NCBI GenBank assembly: GCA_951813575.1
Contig: OX638375.1
Span: forward strand, 3,498,752 to 3,562,751
Source of the DNA: Candidatus Binatia bacterium
GTDB lineage: Bacteria > Desulfobacterota > Binatia > UBA9968 > JAJDTQ01
Length of the DNA: 64,000 nucleotides
Direction: 5' to 3'
In this document: one piece after another, positions 39,754 through 50,262 of the stretch
Numbering within the stretch: the first letter of the stretch is position 1
Layout: each line of letters opens with the position of its first letter
Notes under the pieces: model-generated
The model's input: only the letters and a program-made list of their open reading frames with translations
The model's database searches: none
Told to the model about the DNA's origin: nothing
Position numbers and translations under genes: made by a program

Positions 39754-39927
39754 GGTTGTTCTCTAGCACATCTGTTCATGGCAGCACCAGCCGGACGGCT
39801 TTCAAGCCCGGCGTCTCCGTGCCCGGAATTCGGCAGCGGGCCCGGCCCGGTTTCCCGCGACCGGGCGGATCTGGTAGAAAGTCGACGGGGTCCGGGATTC
39901 GTCGCTTGATCCCTCGCCGGTAGACCC

Positions 39928-42147
39928 GTGATGTGCGATTCGACCCCCCCATACGATACCCTGCTGTACGGCCGCGACGCGACGCAGGGGGTGGTGGGCG
40001 TGGAGCTCGACGGCAATCGCCACGTCCGGATATTCTCCAGGACCTCGTCCGGCGTGGCTTCCACGGCCGTCCCGTTCGAGCCGTTCCTCTGGCTGACGTC
40101 CGAGGACAAGATCGCGGGATGGAAGGGCGCGTGCCGGGTCGAGCCGCTGTCGGGAACCGGCGCGTTCCGCCGGTTGGCCCGTTTCCCCGACGTCGAGAGC
40201 CTGGAGTCGGCGAGGTCCTGGCTGCAGCGCAAGAGCGGCAGAAGCCTCGGCGCTCCCGGTTCACCCTGTCTGTACCTCCGCGACCTCGTGCAGCAGTACC
40301 TCCTTTGGTCCGGGACGACCCATTTTCTCGGCATGGGCTTCGACCGCCTCGTCCGCATGCAGATCGATCTGGAAGTGTATCGCACGGACGGGTTCGAGTT
40401 CCCCAATCCGCTTCGGGAAGGCGACCGCATCACCGCCGTGGCCATGTCGGACAGCAGCGGCTGGGAACGTCTCATATCCGGCCGGGAACACGACGAGGCC
40501 GGGATGCTGGCGGAAATGGTCCGGGAGATCCGTGACCGCGACCCGGACGTGATCGAGGGCCACAACATCTTCCGCTTCGACCTGCCTTACATCGAAGAGC
40601 GCGCGCGCCGGTACGGCGTGGAGCTGACGGTGGGCAGGGACGGCAGCGGGCTCCGGCACGGCCGGGCGCGGTTCGAGGCCGGCGACCGGGTGATTCCGTA
40701 TCGCGACTACGCCATCCACGGGCGCCACGTCATCGACACGTGGTTTCTCGCCCAGCGCTACAGCCAAACGAATCCCGAGCTCCAGCGGAACGGCCTCAAG
40801 GACGTGGCGCGCCATTTCGGGGTGGCGGCTCCGGGCCGGACCTATATTCCGGGCGAACAGGCGAGTTGGTACTTCGATCACGATCCGGACACCCTTTTCC
40901 GATACGCCCTCGACGACGTGCGCGAGACCCGGGCCATATCGGCGCTGCTGTCGCCGGGCTGCTACCTCCAGGCACGCGTCTTCCCGTGCCGTTACCAGGA
41001 GACGGCGCTGGTGAACGGCCCGGCCAGGATCGAGGGCCTGCTGCTAAGGGAGTATCTCGCCCGGCGGCACTCCATTCCCGTCCCGATGGCCCCGGAGCCC
41101 GTGGAGGCGAAGTACGCGGACCTGAGGGTCCCGGGGGTCTCGCGGCCGGTCACCCGTTGCGACGTCACGGCCCTGTACCCGGCCGTGATGGCGGCCGGCG
41201 ATTGCTGTCCGAGAACCGACGAGCTCGGTGTCTTTCCCGAGGCGCTGCGCGGGTTCCGGGAGCTGGGGGACCGGGCCGGGCCGGTGGCCGATGCCGCGCC
41301 CCCGGGGGACCCTTCCCGTTTCGTCGCCACGGCGCGGTCCGCTCTCAAGGGGGTGCTGGAGTCGTTCCACGACTACCTGGCGTGGCCCGCGGGCCACTTC
41401 AACGACTTTGCCGCCGCAAACAATGTGACCCGAGCCGGTGGCGAGCTCGTCCGCGCCCTGGCCGCGTCGCTGGAGGAGCGCCGTGCCCGGGTGGTCACGG
41501 TGGACGCCGGCGGCATCTACTTCGTCCCCCCGGCCGGGTCGGCCGGGGCCGGGTCGGCGGAAGCCCTGGTGACGGAGGCCTCAGCGTCGTTGCCCTGGAA
41601 GGTGGATCTGCCCCTGGCGCGCTATCGGGCGGTCTTCTGCCACGGGCCGGAGAATCACGCCCTGCTGGACGAGCACGACGAACTTTTCCTCGCCGGCTCC
41701 GATTTGAGCTTCCGGGGGCTTGAGCGTTACCGGCGCCGGTGGTTGGAAGAGATGCTCCGGCTCCTGCTGGAGGGGCGCAAGGGCGAGGTGCCCGCCCTCT
41801 ACGAGCGGTATCGCGAGGACATTGCGAGTCATCGCCTCGACCTGTCCCTGCTGAAGCGGACCGAGACCCTGCGGGAATCCCTCGACGAGTACCAGGTGAA
41901 GGTCAAGGGCGGGAAGCAGCATCCCCGCGGCGCCTACGAGGTGGCGCTACGGTCGCACCGGAAGCACTTGCCCGGAGACCAGGTCTCCTGCTACGTCGCC
42001 GGGGAGGGGGCCAACGTCAGGGTGAACGAGAACTGCCGGCACGTCTCCGAGTGGGACCCGGCCAGCCCCGATGAGAACGTGGACTACTACAAGGCCAGGC
42101 TCCGCGAGCTCTACGAGCGGTACGGCCCGTTTGCGGTGGAGGAGTGA
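39928..42147 (+). CDS. Family B DNA polymerase-like protein with 3'-5' exonuclease domain; polymerase motif C degenerate
   Basis: Exo I (QIDLEVY), Exo II (IEGHNIFRFDLPYI) and Exo III (YAIHGRHVIDTW). Pol motif A is DVTALYPAVM. In place of YGDTDS it has TVDAGGIYF. Confidence 0.7.
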   Translation: MMCDSTPPYDTLLYGRDATQGVVGVELDGNRHVRIFSRTSSGVASTAVPFEPFLWLTSEDKIAGWKGACRVEPLSGTGAFRRLARFPDVESLESARSWLQRKSGRSLGAPGSPCLYLRDLVQQYLLWSGTTHFLGMGFDRLVRMQIDLEVYRTDGFEFPNPLREGDRITAVAMSDSSGWERLISGREHDEAGMLAEMVREIRDRDPDVIEGHNIFRFDLPYIEERARRYGVELTVGRDGSGLRHGRARFEAGDRVIPYRDYAIHGRHVIDTWFLAQRYSQTNPELQRNGLKDVARHFGVAAPGRTYIPGEQASWYFDHDPDTLFRYALDDVRETRAISALLSPGCYLQARVFPCRYQETALVNGPARIEGLLLREYLARRHSIPVPMAPEPVEAKYADLRVPGVSRPVTRCDVTALYPAVMAAGDCCPRTDELGVFPEALRGFRELGDRAGPVADAAPPGDPSRFVATARSALKGVLESFHDYLAWPAGHFNDFAAANNVTRAGGELVRALAASLEERRARVVTVDAGGIYFVPPAGSAGAGSAEALVTEASASLPWKVDLPLARYRAVFCHGPENHALLDEHDELFLAGSDLSFRGLERYRRRWLEEMLRLLLEGRKGEVPALYERYREDIASHRLDLSLLKRTETLRESLDEYQVKVKGGKQHPRGAYEVALRSHRKHLPGDQVSCYVAGEGANVRVNENCRHVSEWDPASPDENVDYYKARLRELYERYGPFAVEE

Positions 42148-42170
42148 ATGGACGGCTCCGGCCCTTTTCA

Positions 42171-42200
42171 TTGACCACGCGGGCCGTTACGGAATATAAT
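42171..42200 (+). promoter_or_regulatory. Sigma70-like promoter (TTGACC-N18-TATAAT) upstream of the PuuD-like membrane protein gene
   Basis: ttgaccacgcgggccgttacggaatataat, followed by AGGAGG and ATG 42242. Confidence 0.4.
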
Positions 42201-42241
42201 GCGGAAGTTTCACGTTACGACAGGCAGCAAACAGGAGGTGC

Positions 42242-42934
42242 TTGATGGAGCTCGTTGAATTCTTACTGCGTTGGGTCCACTTGTTGGCCGGTGTCACCTG
42301 GATCGGCTTGCTCTACTATTTCAACTTCGTTCAGACGCCGTTCTTCGCCGAGACCGAGGCGGGGACCCGCACCGGCGCCATACAGAAGCTCGTGCCCCGG
42401 GCCCTGTGGTGGTTCCGCTGGGGCGCCATGCTCACTTTCCTGGCCGGCATTATCATGTGGCTCATCAAGCTTGGGCAATTCGGCGGGGACTTCTTCAACA
42501 TCGGCTACGGCATGGCCATCACCATCGGCGGCACCATGGGGACCATCATGTTCCTCAACGTGTGGCTGGTGATCTGGCCCAATCAGCAGGTGGTCATCGC
42601 CTCCGCCAACAAGGTGGCCGAGGGCGGAGAGCCGCTTCCGGACGCGGCGGGCAAGGGTCAGTGGGCGGGCTTCGCCTCCCGTACCAACGTGCTCTTCTCG
42701 ATCCCGATGCTGTTCCTCATGGGCGCGGCGAGCCACTATCCCCACGGCGAGTCCGGCGGCGGCTTGGCGGTTTTCTGGATCGTCAGCCTCGCGGTCGTCG
42801 CCATCGTCGAGTTGAACGCATTGGTGGGTGATGCCGGAGGCGGCACCAAGAAGCTCCTGACGTCCATTCCGGGCGTGATCTGGAGCGGCTTGGTCCTCAC
42901 CGCGATCTTCTGGATTCTCCTGGAGTTGGCGTAG
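42242..42934 (+). CDS. Membrane protein of the urate hydroxylase PuuD N-terminal domain family (no fused cytochrome c domain)
   Basis: LLRWVHLLAGVTWIGLLYYFNFV... and GTIMFLNVWLVIWPNQQVVIASA parallel the PuuD membrane domain (LLRWAHMIAGIGWIG...GTIMSANVFLVIIPNQK). Confidence 0.5.
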   Translation: MMELVEFLLRWVHLLAGVTWIGLLYYFNFVQTPFFAETEAGTRTGAIQKLVPRALWWFRWGAMLTFLAGIIMWLIKLGQFGGDFFNIGYGMAITIGGTMGTIMFLNVWLVIWPNQQVVIASANKVAEGGEPLPDAAGKGQWAGFASRTNVLFSIPMLFLMGAASHYPHGESGGGLAVFWIVSLAVVAIVELNALVGDAGGGTKKLLTSIPGVIWSGLVLTAIFWILLELA

Positions 42935-42939
42935 GCCGC

Positions 42940-43272
42940 CTACGGCTGCGCCAGATAGGCGGCGATATCGGGAATTCTCTTTCTCAACTGGGGGTAGGTG
43001 GGCATGGCGTTGGTCGTCCGTTGGGGCTTGTAGTCCGGCGGATAAGTCTTGCGCAGGACCTTGGCCTCCAGCAACTCCAGTGATGATCCCTTGATGGGCG
43101 GTCCCTGGGAGCCCGGCTTGCTCGGATTCGTGTTGTGGCAAACGATACAGGTCGCGAGGTAAAGCCGTCTCCCTCGGGCCGGGTCCGGTCCCTTCACCTC
43201 TTCAACCTCCCCACAGGCGCTCAGCAGCGCCAGCGCGAGGCAAACCGCCAGAATCAAACCAAGTCTGCGCAT
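42940..43272 (-). CDS. Small mono-heme c-type cytochrome lipoprotein
   Basis: Lipobox LLSAC, single CIVCH heme site, 110 aa. Confidence 0.7.
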   Translation of the reverse strand: MRRLGLILAVCLALALLSACGEVEEVKGPDPARGRRLYLATCIVCHNTNPSKPGSQGPPIKGSSLELLEAKVLRKTYPPDYKPQRTTNAMPTYPQLRKRIPDIAAYLAQP

Positions 43273-43295
43273 CCGTGTAGGGGCGGGTTTCTAGC

Positions 43296-44666
43296 TCAGC
43301 TCCCGGCGGTCGCCGGCTCGCGCATGGTCACGAACTCTTCCGCGGCGGTGGGATGTATCCCGATGGTCCGGTCGAAGTCCGCCTTGGTGGCGTTGCAACT
43401 GAGAGCCACGGCCAGTCCCTGGATGATCTCGCCGGCATCGGCGCCTACCATGTGGCAGCCCACCACCCGGTCGCCGGCGCGCTCGACGATGAGCTTCATC
43501 ATGGTCTTCTCGTCCCGTCCGGACAGGGTGTGCTTGAGCGGCCTGAACACCGCCCGGTAGACGTCCACTTCCCCGCAGCGTTCCCGGGCCGCTTCCTCGG
43601 TGTATCCCACCGTACCCACCGGCGGCTGGCTGAAGACCGCGGAAGGAATGTTCAGGTAGTCCATCGGCCCGACGTCGCCCTTGAAGAGGTTCCGGGCCAG
43701 GAGCATGGCCTCGGCGATGGCCACCGGGGTGAGCTTGACCCGGTCGGTGACGTCGCCCAGGGCCCAGATGGACGGAATGTTGGTCCGGTAGCGCTCGTCC
43801 ACCACCACCGCGCCGTTGCGCGCCAGCTCGACGCCGAGCTCCTCGATGCCCAGGCCGCGGGTGTTGGGCAGCCGGCCGGTGGCGAACATCACCGCGTCGG
43901 CCTCCAGCGTCTGACCGTCCTTCAGGGTGGCGGTCAGGGTCTCGCCGTTCCGTTCGATGCCGGCGATGTCCGCGTCGAACCGGAGGTCGATGCCCTTCTT
44001 GCGCATCTCTTCGGCAAGGATGTTCCGGACGTCGATGTCGAAGCCGCGCATGAACAGCGGGCCGCGATAGAGCTGGGTGACCTCGGCCCCGAGGCCGTTG
44101 AAGATGCCGGCGAACTCCACCGCGATGTAGCCGCCGCCGACGATGACGACGCGCCTGGGCATCTCCGCCAGGTGGAACGCCTCGTTGGAGGTGATGGCGT
44201 GCTCCTTGCCCGGTACGTTGGGCACCGTGGGCCAGCCGCCGGTGGCCACCAGGATGTTGGCGGCGGTGACCTTCCTGCCCCCGACCTCCACGGTATGCGG
44301 ATCCAGCACCCGCGCCCGGGACTCGAACAACTCGACGCCGTGGCTCTGAAGGAGCTCGCGGTAGATCGAGTTGAGCCGCGCGATCTCCTGGTCCTTGTTC
44401 CGGATCAGCGACGGCCAGTCGAAGGCGCGCTCGCCCACGGTCCAGCCGAAGCCGGCGGCGTCCTCGAAGTCGTCGCCGAAGTGGGAGCCGTAGACCAGCA
44501 GCTTCTTGGGGATGCAGCCGACGTTGACGCAGGTGCCGCCCAGATAGCGTTCTTCCGCGACGGCCACCCGGGCGCCGTAGGCCGCCGACATGCGGCTGGC
44601 GCGCACGCCCCCGGAGCCCGCGCCGATGGTGAACAGATCGAAGTCGTAGCTCTTGTCCGTGCTCAC
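43296..44666 (-). CDS. gor: Glutathione-disulfide reductase (pyridine nucleotide-disulfide oxidoreductase class I)
   Basis: FAD-binding GAGSGG, redox-active [18 protein letters not shown]-binding GGGYIAVE, C-terminal HPTAAEE dimerisation/His region. Confidence 0.85.
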   Translation of the reverse strand: MSTDKSYDFDLFTIGAGSGGVRASRMSAAYGARVAVAEERYLGGTCVNVGCIPKKLLVYGSHFGDDFEDAAGFGWTVGERAFDWPSLIRNKDQEIARLNSIYRELLQSHGVELFESRARVLDPHTVEVGGRKVTAANILVATGGWPTVPNVPGKEHAITSNEAFHLAEMPRRVVIVGGGYIAVEFAGIFNGLGAEVTQLYRGPLFMRGFDIDVRNILAEEMRKKGIDLRFDADIAGIERNGETLTATLKDGQTLEADAVMFATGRLPNTRGLGIEELGVELARNGAVVVDERYRTNIPSIWALGDVTDRVKLTPVAIAEAMLLARNLFKGDVGPMDYLNIPSAVFSQPPVGTVGYTEEAARERCGEVDVYRAVFRPLKHTLSGRDEKTMMKLIVERAGDRVVGCHMVGADAGEIIQGLAVALSCNATKADFDRTIGIHPTAAEEFVTMREPATAGS

Positions 44667-45571
44667 AGGATGCCTCCCTCCGGCGACTGGTGGAACAGAA
44701 AGGACGCCCCCAGGGCCTCCGCGCCCGGCACGCGCAGAGCGTCACTGTCCGGGATTTGGTAATGGATGCCGGCCTCGTCGAGGTGGCGCCGGGCGGCCGC
44801 GAGATCGTCTACGCGCATGGAGACCTCGGCGATATAGGGAGTGCAGGGCAGTTCCCGGTCGGGGTGCAGCTCGCGGAAGCGCCCGGCCTGGATGAAGACG
44901 ACCCGTCCTTCATGGAGCCCCATCTCCCAGGTGTCGTCCTTCTCCACCGGCTCCACGCCGACGAAGCGGCAGAAGCGCCCGGCCGCCTCCCGCGCATCGT
45001 CCACGCACACCAGCACGCCGGTGAGCGCGGCGACGCCGTTGGGCTGATGCTGGTACCGGGGCTGCCACACCAGTTCCGGCGTGTGGTGGGTGACGATCTG
45101 GATGCGGCCCTCGGGCATCACCTCCGGCGGCACCCGGATGACCGAGAAGCGGCAGGTCTCCTCTCCGGCGTCCGTGGGCACAGGCCGGGCCAGGCGCACC
45201 AGCGGCAGCGGCTTGAAGCCGTCCCGGCCGATGCGCTCGTGGTTTTCCTCGGGCTGGTTGGCTGCGAACGCGATGAGGTGCCATCCCGGGTAGCGGTCGA
45301 GTTGCGCCCGGAGCTGCCGCGACAAGGGCGTGTCCACCGTGGGTCCGAGCATCTCGAGGTAGCCCTGGCGGAAGATGGCGCACTGGTTGCCGGTGCCGCT
45401 GGGGGCGGGCGCGACGCCCGGCTCGGTGCTGGCCATGTGCGCCACGAAGGGCGTCAGCGAGAAACCCAGCTCCTGGAGCCTTCGGGGGGAGGCGTCGAAG
45501 TCCGGGACGAAGAGCCCCACGTGGTCCAGGTAGACCTCCCGTCCTTCCGGCACGAGACGGCTTGATGGCAT
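44663..45571 (-). CDS. VOC/glyoxalase-like domain protein
   Basis: Internal start [25 protein letters not shown]... of ORF 44663..45898. Two beta-alpha-beta-beta-beta modules. Confidence 0.5.
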   Translation of the reverse strand: MPSSRLVPEGREVYLDHVGLFVPDFDASPRRLQELGFSLTPFVAHMASTEPGVAPAPSGTGNQCAIFRQGYLEMLGPTVDTPLSRQLRAQLDRYPGWHLIAFAANQPEENHERIGRDGFKPLPLVRLARPVPTDAGEETCRFSVIRVPPEVMPEGRIQIVTHHTPELVWQPRYQHQPNGVAALTGVLVCVDDAREAAGRFCRFVGVEPVEKDDTWEMGLHEGRVVFIQAGRFRELHPDRELPCTPYIAEVSMRVDDLAAARRHLDEAGIHYQIPDSDALRVPGAEALGASFLFHQSPEGGIL

Positions 45572-46454
45572 CACAGCTCCTTGACGACGACCTCGGTCAG
45601 CCGGTCGATCTGATCGGCTCCAAAGGTCGCGGGCTTGAGGACCAGCTCGTCGGTTCCCAGCTCCCGGTGGAACGCGATGGCCTCGCGGATGGCTTCCGGA
45701 GTGGTCAGGTTGGCCCGGGCGACCCGGGCTTCGAGGCGCGCGGGATCGCCGCCGTAGTAGTCCGCGAACGCTCCGCGCACGGCTTCCTCCGCTCCGGGAC
45801 CCAGCGCCGCCAGCATGGACGCCACGATGCGCGGACGCCCGGCGCGGCCGTGGGCACGCCACGATTCGTCGATGCTGCGGAGAATCCCCGTGGCCCACTC
45901 CCGGTCCAGCGCACGTCCTCCCATGACGTAGCCGTCGGCGTATTTCCCGACCCGGTCCAGGGCGCGCGGCGCCGTGCCTCCGATCAGGAGTTCCGGGCCG
46001 CCGGGCTGCACCGGCTCGGGCCCGACGGGCCGCTGGGCGTCGTTGACGGTTTCCCCGCGCCAGATCCGGCGCATGAGATCGAGCTGCCGGTCGAACCGGC
46101 GGCCGCGGTCGTGGAAGCCGGAAGGGGCCACCAGGGCGTCGTCCTCGCGGCTCCCCACCGCGATCCCCAGACTGAGCCGGCCGCCGGAAACGGCGTCGAT
46201 GGTGGCCGCCTGCTTGGCCAGCACGCCCGCTCCCCTGAGCGGGCCCACCAGCACGGCGGTCATGAGGCGGATGTGTCTGGTGACGGACGCCAGCGCGGCC
46301 AGCATGACCAGCGGCTCGTAGTTGTCGTAGGCGAGCCGGTCGATGACCGCGAAGCTGGAGTAGGGGCCTTCGTCGGCTTTCCGCGCCAGCGCCTCGATGG
46401 CAGGCCAGCTCTCCCTGGAGGTCCTGAACGGCAGTCCGATGCCGATCTTCACGA
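45571..46454 (-). CDS. LLM-class (luciferase-like) flavin-dependent oxidoreductase
   Basis: KIGIGLPF..., a TIM-barrel LLM signature. GTG start preceded by AAGGGAG. Confidence 0.7.
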
Positions 46455-46685
46455 TGTTTGCGGGTCTCCCTTCAAGGCATTCGACGCGGCGCGAAAATGC
46501 GCTCCCTATGTATAAAACGTAGCCAATAGGCGGGGTCCCCGCAACTCGCACCGGGTCGTTTCCGGGTTTCACATTGTCCAGACCGGGACACCACCCGGAG
46601 CCGCGGACGGTCCGCAGACGAACGGTTGACGCGACTGGTGCAAAACGTGATATTCAGACTTCCAGTGGAACGGAGGAATATCGCG

Positions 46686-47200
46686 TGGCGGGCCATCCTG
46701 GACCGGAAATGATCGTGGAAGGGCTGAAAGAGGCCGGCGTCGATCTCGTGGCGACCCTGCCGGACATCAATCTCCACGCCTTGCTGGAGCAGGTGGCGGC
46801 GGCTCCGGAAATCACCCACGTGCCCCTCTGCCGGGAAGAGGAAGGCATCGGCATCTGCACCGGCGGCTATCTCGTGGGGAAGAAGTGCGCGTTGATCATG
46901 CAGAACGGCGGGCTGTTCAACAGCGTCAACGGCATCGTTTCCACGCTGCTGCAGTACAACTTCCCGTTGCTGCTGCTGATCTACTTCGCGGGAGACGTGG
47001 GCGACCGTTCCTTCAGCACCAACGGCGCCATGACACAGCCGGTGCTGGACGCGCTCGGCATCCGCCACTTCGTTCTGCGGGACCCCGACGAGGCCAGGAC
47101 GCTGATCAAGCGGACGCTGGTGCTCACTCAGGACTACAAACGGCCGGTAGCGGTGTTGCTGACCAAGGACGTGCTGGGGCGGCGGCGTCCGGGAGAGTAG
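46686..47200 (+). CDS. TPP-dependent decarboxylase, alpha (N-terminal PYR-domain) subunit, ComD/sulfopyruvate decarboxylase-like
   Basis: MIVEGLKEAGVDLVATLPD...EEEGIGICTGGYLVGKKCALIMQNGG. GGAGG before the GTG. Confidence 0.65.
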
Positions 47201-47211
47201 CGGACGAACGC

Positions 47212-47823
47212 ATGAAACGCATCGAATGTTTCAAGGTCATGGCCGAGTTGGCGGGGGACGCCCTGGCGGTCACCGGCGCCGGCGGCAACACCGTGGAATG
47301 GTACGCCTGCCGGCCCGGGGACGGAAACTTCCGGGTGCGGACCATGGGTCTGGTTTCGTCCATCGCCCTGGGCATGGCCCTGGGGTTGCCCCACCGGCAG
47401 GTCATCGCCATCGACGGGGACGGCTCGCTCTTGATGAACCTCTGCAGCCTGCCCACCATCGCGCGCAAGAACCCGCCCAACCTGACCCACGTGGTGCTGG
47501 ACAACGAGGTCTACGAGGCCTCCGGCGAGATCGATACCGCCACCGGCGCCGGCACGGATCTGGTGGCCATGGCCCGGGCGGCCGGGATCCGCAGGGCGTC
47601 GTGGGCGGCAAGCCCCGACGAGCTGCGCACGGTTTTCTCCGAGGCACTGGAAGGCGGGGACGCCGCCTTCATCGGGCTCAAGGTGGAGACGTCCCGCAGC
47701 GAGGTGCCGCCGTATCCCATGGACGAGGTGGAGAACAAGTACCGGTTCATCCGCCACGTGGAGAAAACCGAGGGCGTGAACATTCTCAGCATGCCCATGC
47801 CGGTCAGCTTCCTGAAGGATTGA
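47212..47823 (+). CDS. TPP-dependent decarboxylase, beta (TPP-binding) subunit, ComE-like
   Basis: GDGS..MN TPP-binding motif (IAIDGDGSLLMNLCSL). Confidence 0.7.
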   Translation: MKRIECFKVMAELAGDALAVTGAGGNTVEWYACRPGDGNFRVRTMGLVSSIALGMALGLPHRQVIAIDGDGSLLMNLCSLPTIARKNPPNLTHVVLDNEVYEASGEIDTATGAGTDLVAMARAAGIRRASWAASPDELRTVFSEALEGGDAAFIGLKVETSRSEVPPYPMDEVENKYRFIRHVEKTEGVNILSMPMPVSFLKD

Positions 47824-47849
47824 ACCCGGCTAACCCTGTCAGGCACACC

Positions 47850-48848
47850 ATGAAAATCGACTGTCACGCGCATTACGTACCGCCGGCCGTGCTGGAGCGG
47901 CTCCGCAAGGACGGCCCGTCCTTCGGGGTGGAGGTGGGGGAGGAGACGCCCGCGGGGCCGCGCCTGCGGCTGGGGGGAAGGCCCTTGGCCCGGCCCATCC
48001 TGGCACCGGCCACGGACCTGCCCAAGCGGGTCCATACCGTGCACGAGACCCGTCTGGACCGGCAGATCCTGTCCGCGTGGATGGACATCGTGGGTTACAT
48101 GCTTCCGGTGGAGCAGGCGGTGGGCTGGAGCCGCATGCTGAACGATGCCATGCGCGAGGCTCTGGCGGACGGCGATAGAGACGGGCTGTTCCGGGGGACG
48201 GCCACCGTTCCGCTTCAGGACGGCGCGCGGGCCGCGGAAGAGTTGGAGTATGCGGTCAAGGAGTGCGGGCTCATGGGCGCCATGATCGGCTCCAACATCG
48301 ACGGCGCGAACCTCGACGATCCGGGGCTCGATCCTTTCTGGAAGACCGCCGAGCGCCTCGAGGTGCCGCTCATCATCCACCCGTTGAACCCCTTGGGAAT
48401 CGAGCGGCTGGGCAAGTATTTCCTGACCCACATCGTGGGCCTGCTGGCGGATACCACGGTAGGAGTGGCGTGCCTCTACTTCGGCGGCGTGCTGGACCGC
48501 TTTCCGGACCTGAAGATCATCCTCTGCCACGGCGGGGGATTCCTCCCCTACCAGTTCGGCCGCATGACCCGCGGCCGGGAGATCCAGCCGGAGATCCAGA
48601 AGAACACTGCGCTGATGGGCCGGGACGTGCTGCGCTGGTTCTACTACGATACCATCGTGTTCGAGACGGACGTGCTGGAGTTCCTGATAGCGGAGGTGGG
48701 CGCCGGCCACGTGCTGCTGGGCAGCGACTGCCCGTTCGGCATCGGCGACCCCGCGCCGCTGGACATCATCGACCGGATTCGTCTGGACCAGGCCGACAAG
48801 GACAAGATCCTGGGCGGCAACGCGGAGCGGCTGTTCGGCGCGGACTGA
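47850..48848 (+). CDS. Amidohydrolase-2 family decarboxylase/hydrolase (second copy)
   Basis: MKIDCHAHYVP..., HPLNP and SDCPFG metal-ligand motifs. Confidence 0.8.
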   Translation: MKIDCHAHYVPPAVLERLRKDGPSFGVEVGEETPAGPRLRLGGRPLARPILAPATDLPKRVHTVHETRLDRQILSAWMDIVGYMLPVEQAVGWSRMLNDAMREALADGDRDGLFRGTATVPLQDGARAAEELEYAVKECGLMGAMIGSNIDGANLDDPGLDPFWKTAERLEVPLIIHPLNPLGIERLGKYFLTHIVGLLADTTVGVACLYFGGVLDRFPDLKIILCHGGGFLPYQFGRMTRGREIQPEIQKNTALMGRDVLRWFYYDTIVFETDVLEFLIAEVGAGHVLLGSDCPFGIGDPAPLDIIDRIRLDQADKDKILGGNAERLFGAD

Positions 48849-48877
48849 CACGACACTAGCAACAACGGAGACACCGT

Positions 48878-50233
48878 ATGAAGGACCTGCGGTCGTTCAT
48901 GGACCGTCTGGAGGGTGAAGGCCCCGAGGAACTGCTGCACATCCGCAAGCCGGTGCGGCCCGATTACGACGTCACCAGCCTGCTGATGGAGCTGGAGTCC
49001 TCCGGCCGCTACCCCACTCTATACGTGCACGAGGTGCAGGGCTTCTCGATACCCGTGATCACCAACCTCCACGCCACCCGCAGCCGTTTGGCCATGGCGC
49101 TGGACGTGGACGCCAACGACCTGGTGGAGGAGTACCGCAGGCGGGAAAGCAGCCCCATGGCGCCGGAGCTCATCGACGACGGTCCGGTCAAGGAGGTGGT
49201 GCGCACCGGCGCGGACGTGGATCTGGGTGAGCTCCCGCTGTTGACCCACTTCGATATCAGCACCGCCCCCTACGTGACGGCGGGCATCGTCGTCGCCCGG
49301 GATCCCGTGAGCGGGGTGCGGAACCTCAGCTTCAACCGGGCCATGATGGTGGAGCGGAACCGGCTGCGCATGCATCTCGCGCCGGGGATGCACCTCATGC
49401 GTTGCGCCCGCAACGCCGAGGAGAGGGGCGAACCGCTGGACATCGCCTTCATCGTGGGGGTCCATCCGGCCTTTGCCATCGGCGCCCTGTCGCTGGCGCC
49501 CTTCGACGTGGACGAGTACGACGTCATCGGCGGCATGATGGAGCAGCCGGTGCCGCTGGTGCGGTGCGAAACCGTTCCCATCGAGGTCCCGGCCCACGCC
49601 GAGATGGTGTTCGAGGGGCGCATCCTGCCCAACGTGCGCGAGGAGGAGGGACCCTTCGGCGAGTTCACCGGCCACGCGGTGGGGGTGCGCAGGAATCACG
49701 TCGCCGAGATCAGCGGCGTCACGTTGCGGGCAAAGCCCCTTTACCAGGACATCTTCACCGGCCACTCGGAGCAGCGGCTCATGGGTTCCATCCCCCGGGA
49801 GGCGGCGATCTTCAGGGCGGTGAAGGCGGTGGCCGGCGGCACCCGGGCCGTGCACATGCCGCCCTCGGGCAACTGCCGGTTCCACTGCTACATCTCGCTG
49901 GACAAGCGCTCCGACGGCGAGGTGCGGAACGCGGTCATGGCGGCCATGGCCACCGACCTCTATCTCAAGCTGGTGATCGTGGTGGACGGGGACGTGAACG
50001 TCTACAACGAGCGCGACGTGATGTGGGCCGTGGCCAACCGGGTGCAGGCGGATGCCGACACGCTCGTCATTCCCCGTTGCCAGGGCTCCGAGACCGATCC
50101 GTCCAGCGGCCAGGGGGGCTTGACGGCCAAGATGGTCATCGACGCCACCAAGAAACGGAAGGACTTTCCCAAGCGGCTCGCCGTGCCCGACGCGGTGCGC
50201 GAGCGGGTGCGGTTGGAGGACTATATCGACTGA
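48878..50233 (+). CDS. UbiD-family (prFMN-dependent) decarboxylase
   Basis: 451 aa. The prFMN/metal-binding region (NLSFNRAMMV, EGPFGEFTGH) and overall length fit UbiD/Fdc. Confidence 0.85.
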   Translation: MKDLRSFMDRLEGEGPEELLHIRKPVRPDYDVTSLLMELESSGRYPTLYVHEVQGFSIPVITNLHATRSRLAMALDVDANDLVEEYRRRESSPMAPELIDDGPVKEVVRTGADVDLGELPLLTHFDISTAPYVTAGIVVARDPVSGVRNLSFNRAMMVERNRLRMHLAPGMHLMRCARNAEERGEPLDIAFIVGVHPAFAIGALSLAPFDVDEYDVIGGMMEQPVPLVRCETVPIEVPAHAEMVFEGRILPNVREEEGPFGEFTGHAVGVRRNHVAEISGVTLRAKPLYQDIFTGHSEQRLMGSIPREAAIFRAVKAVAGGTRAVHMPPSGNCRFHCYISLDKRSDGEVRNAVMAAMATDLYLKLVIVVDGDVNVYNERDVMWAVANRVQADADTLVIPRCQGSETDPSSGQGGLTAKMVIDATKKRKDFPKRLAVPDAVRERVRLEDYID

Positions 50234-50262
50234 ACCGGAAAGGGACGCCATGCGAGGGATGC

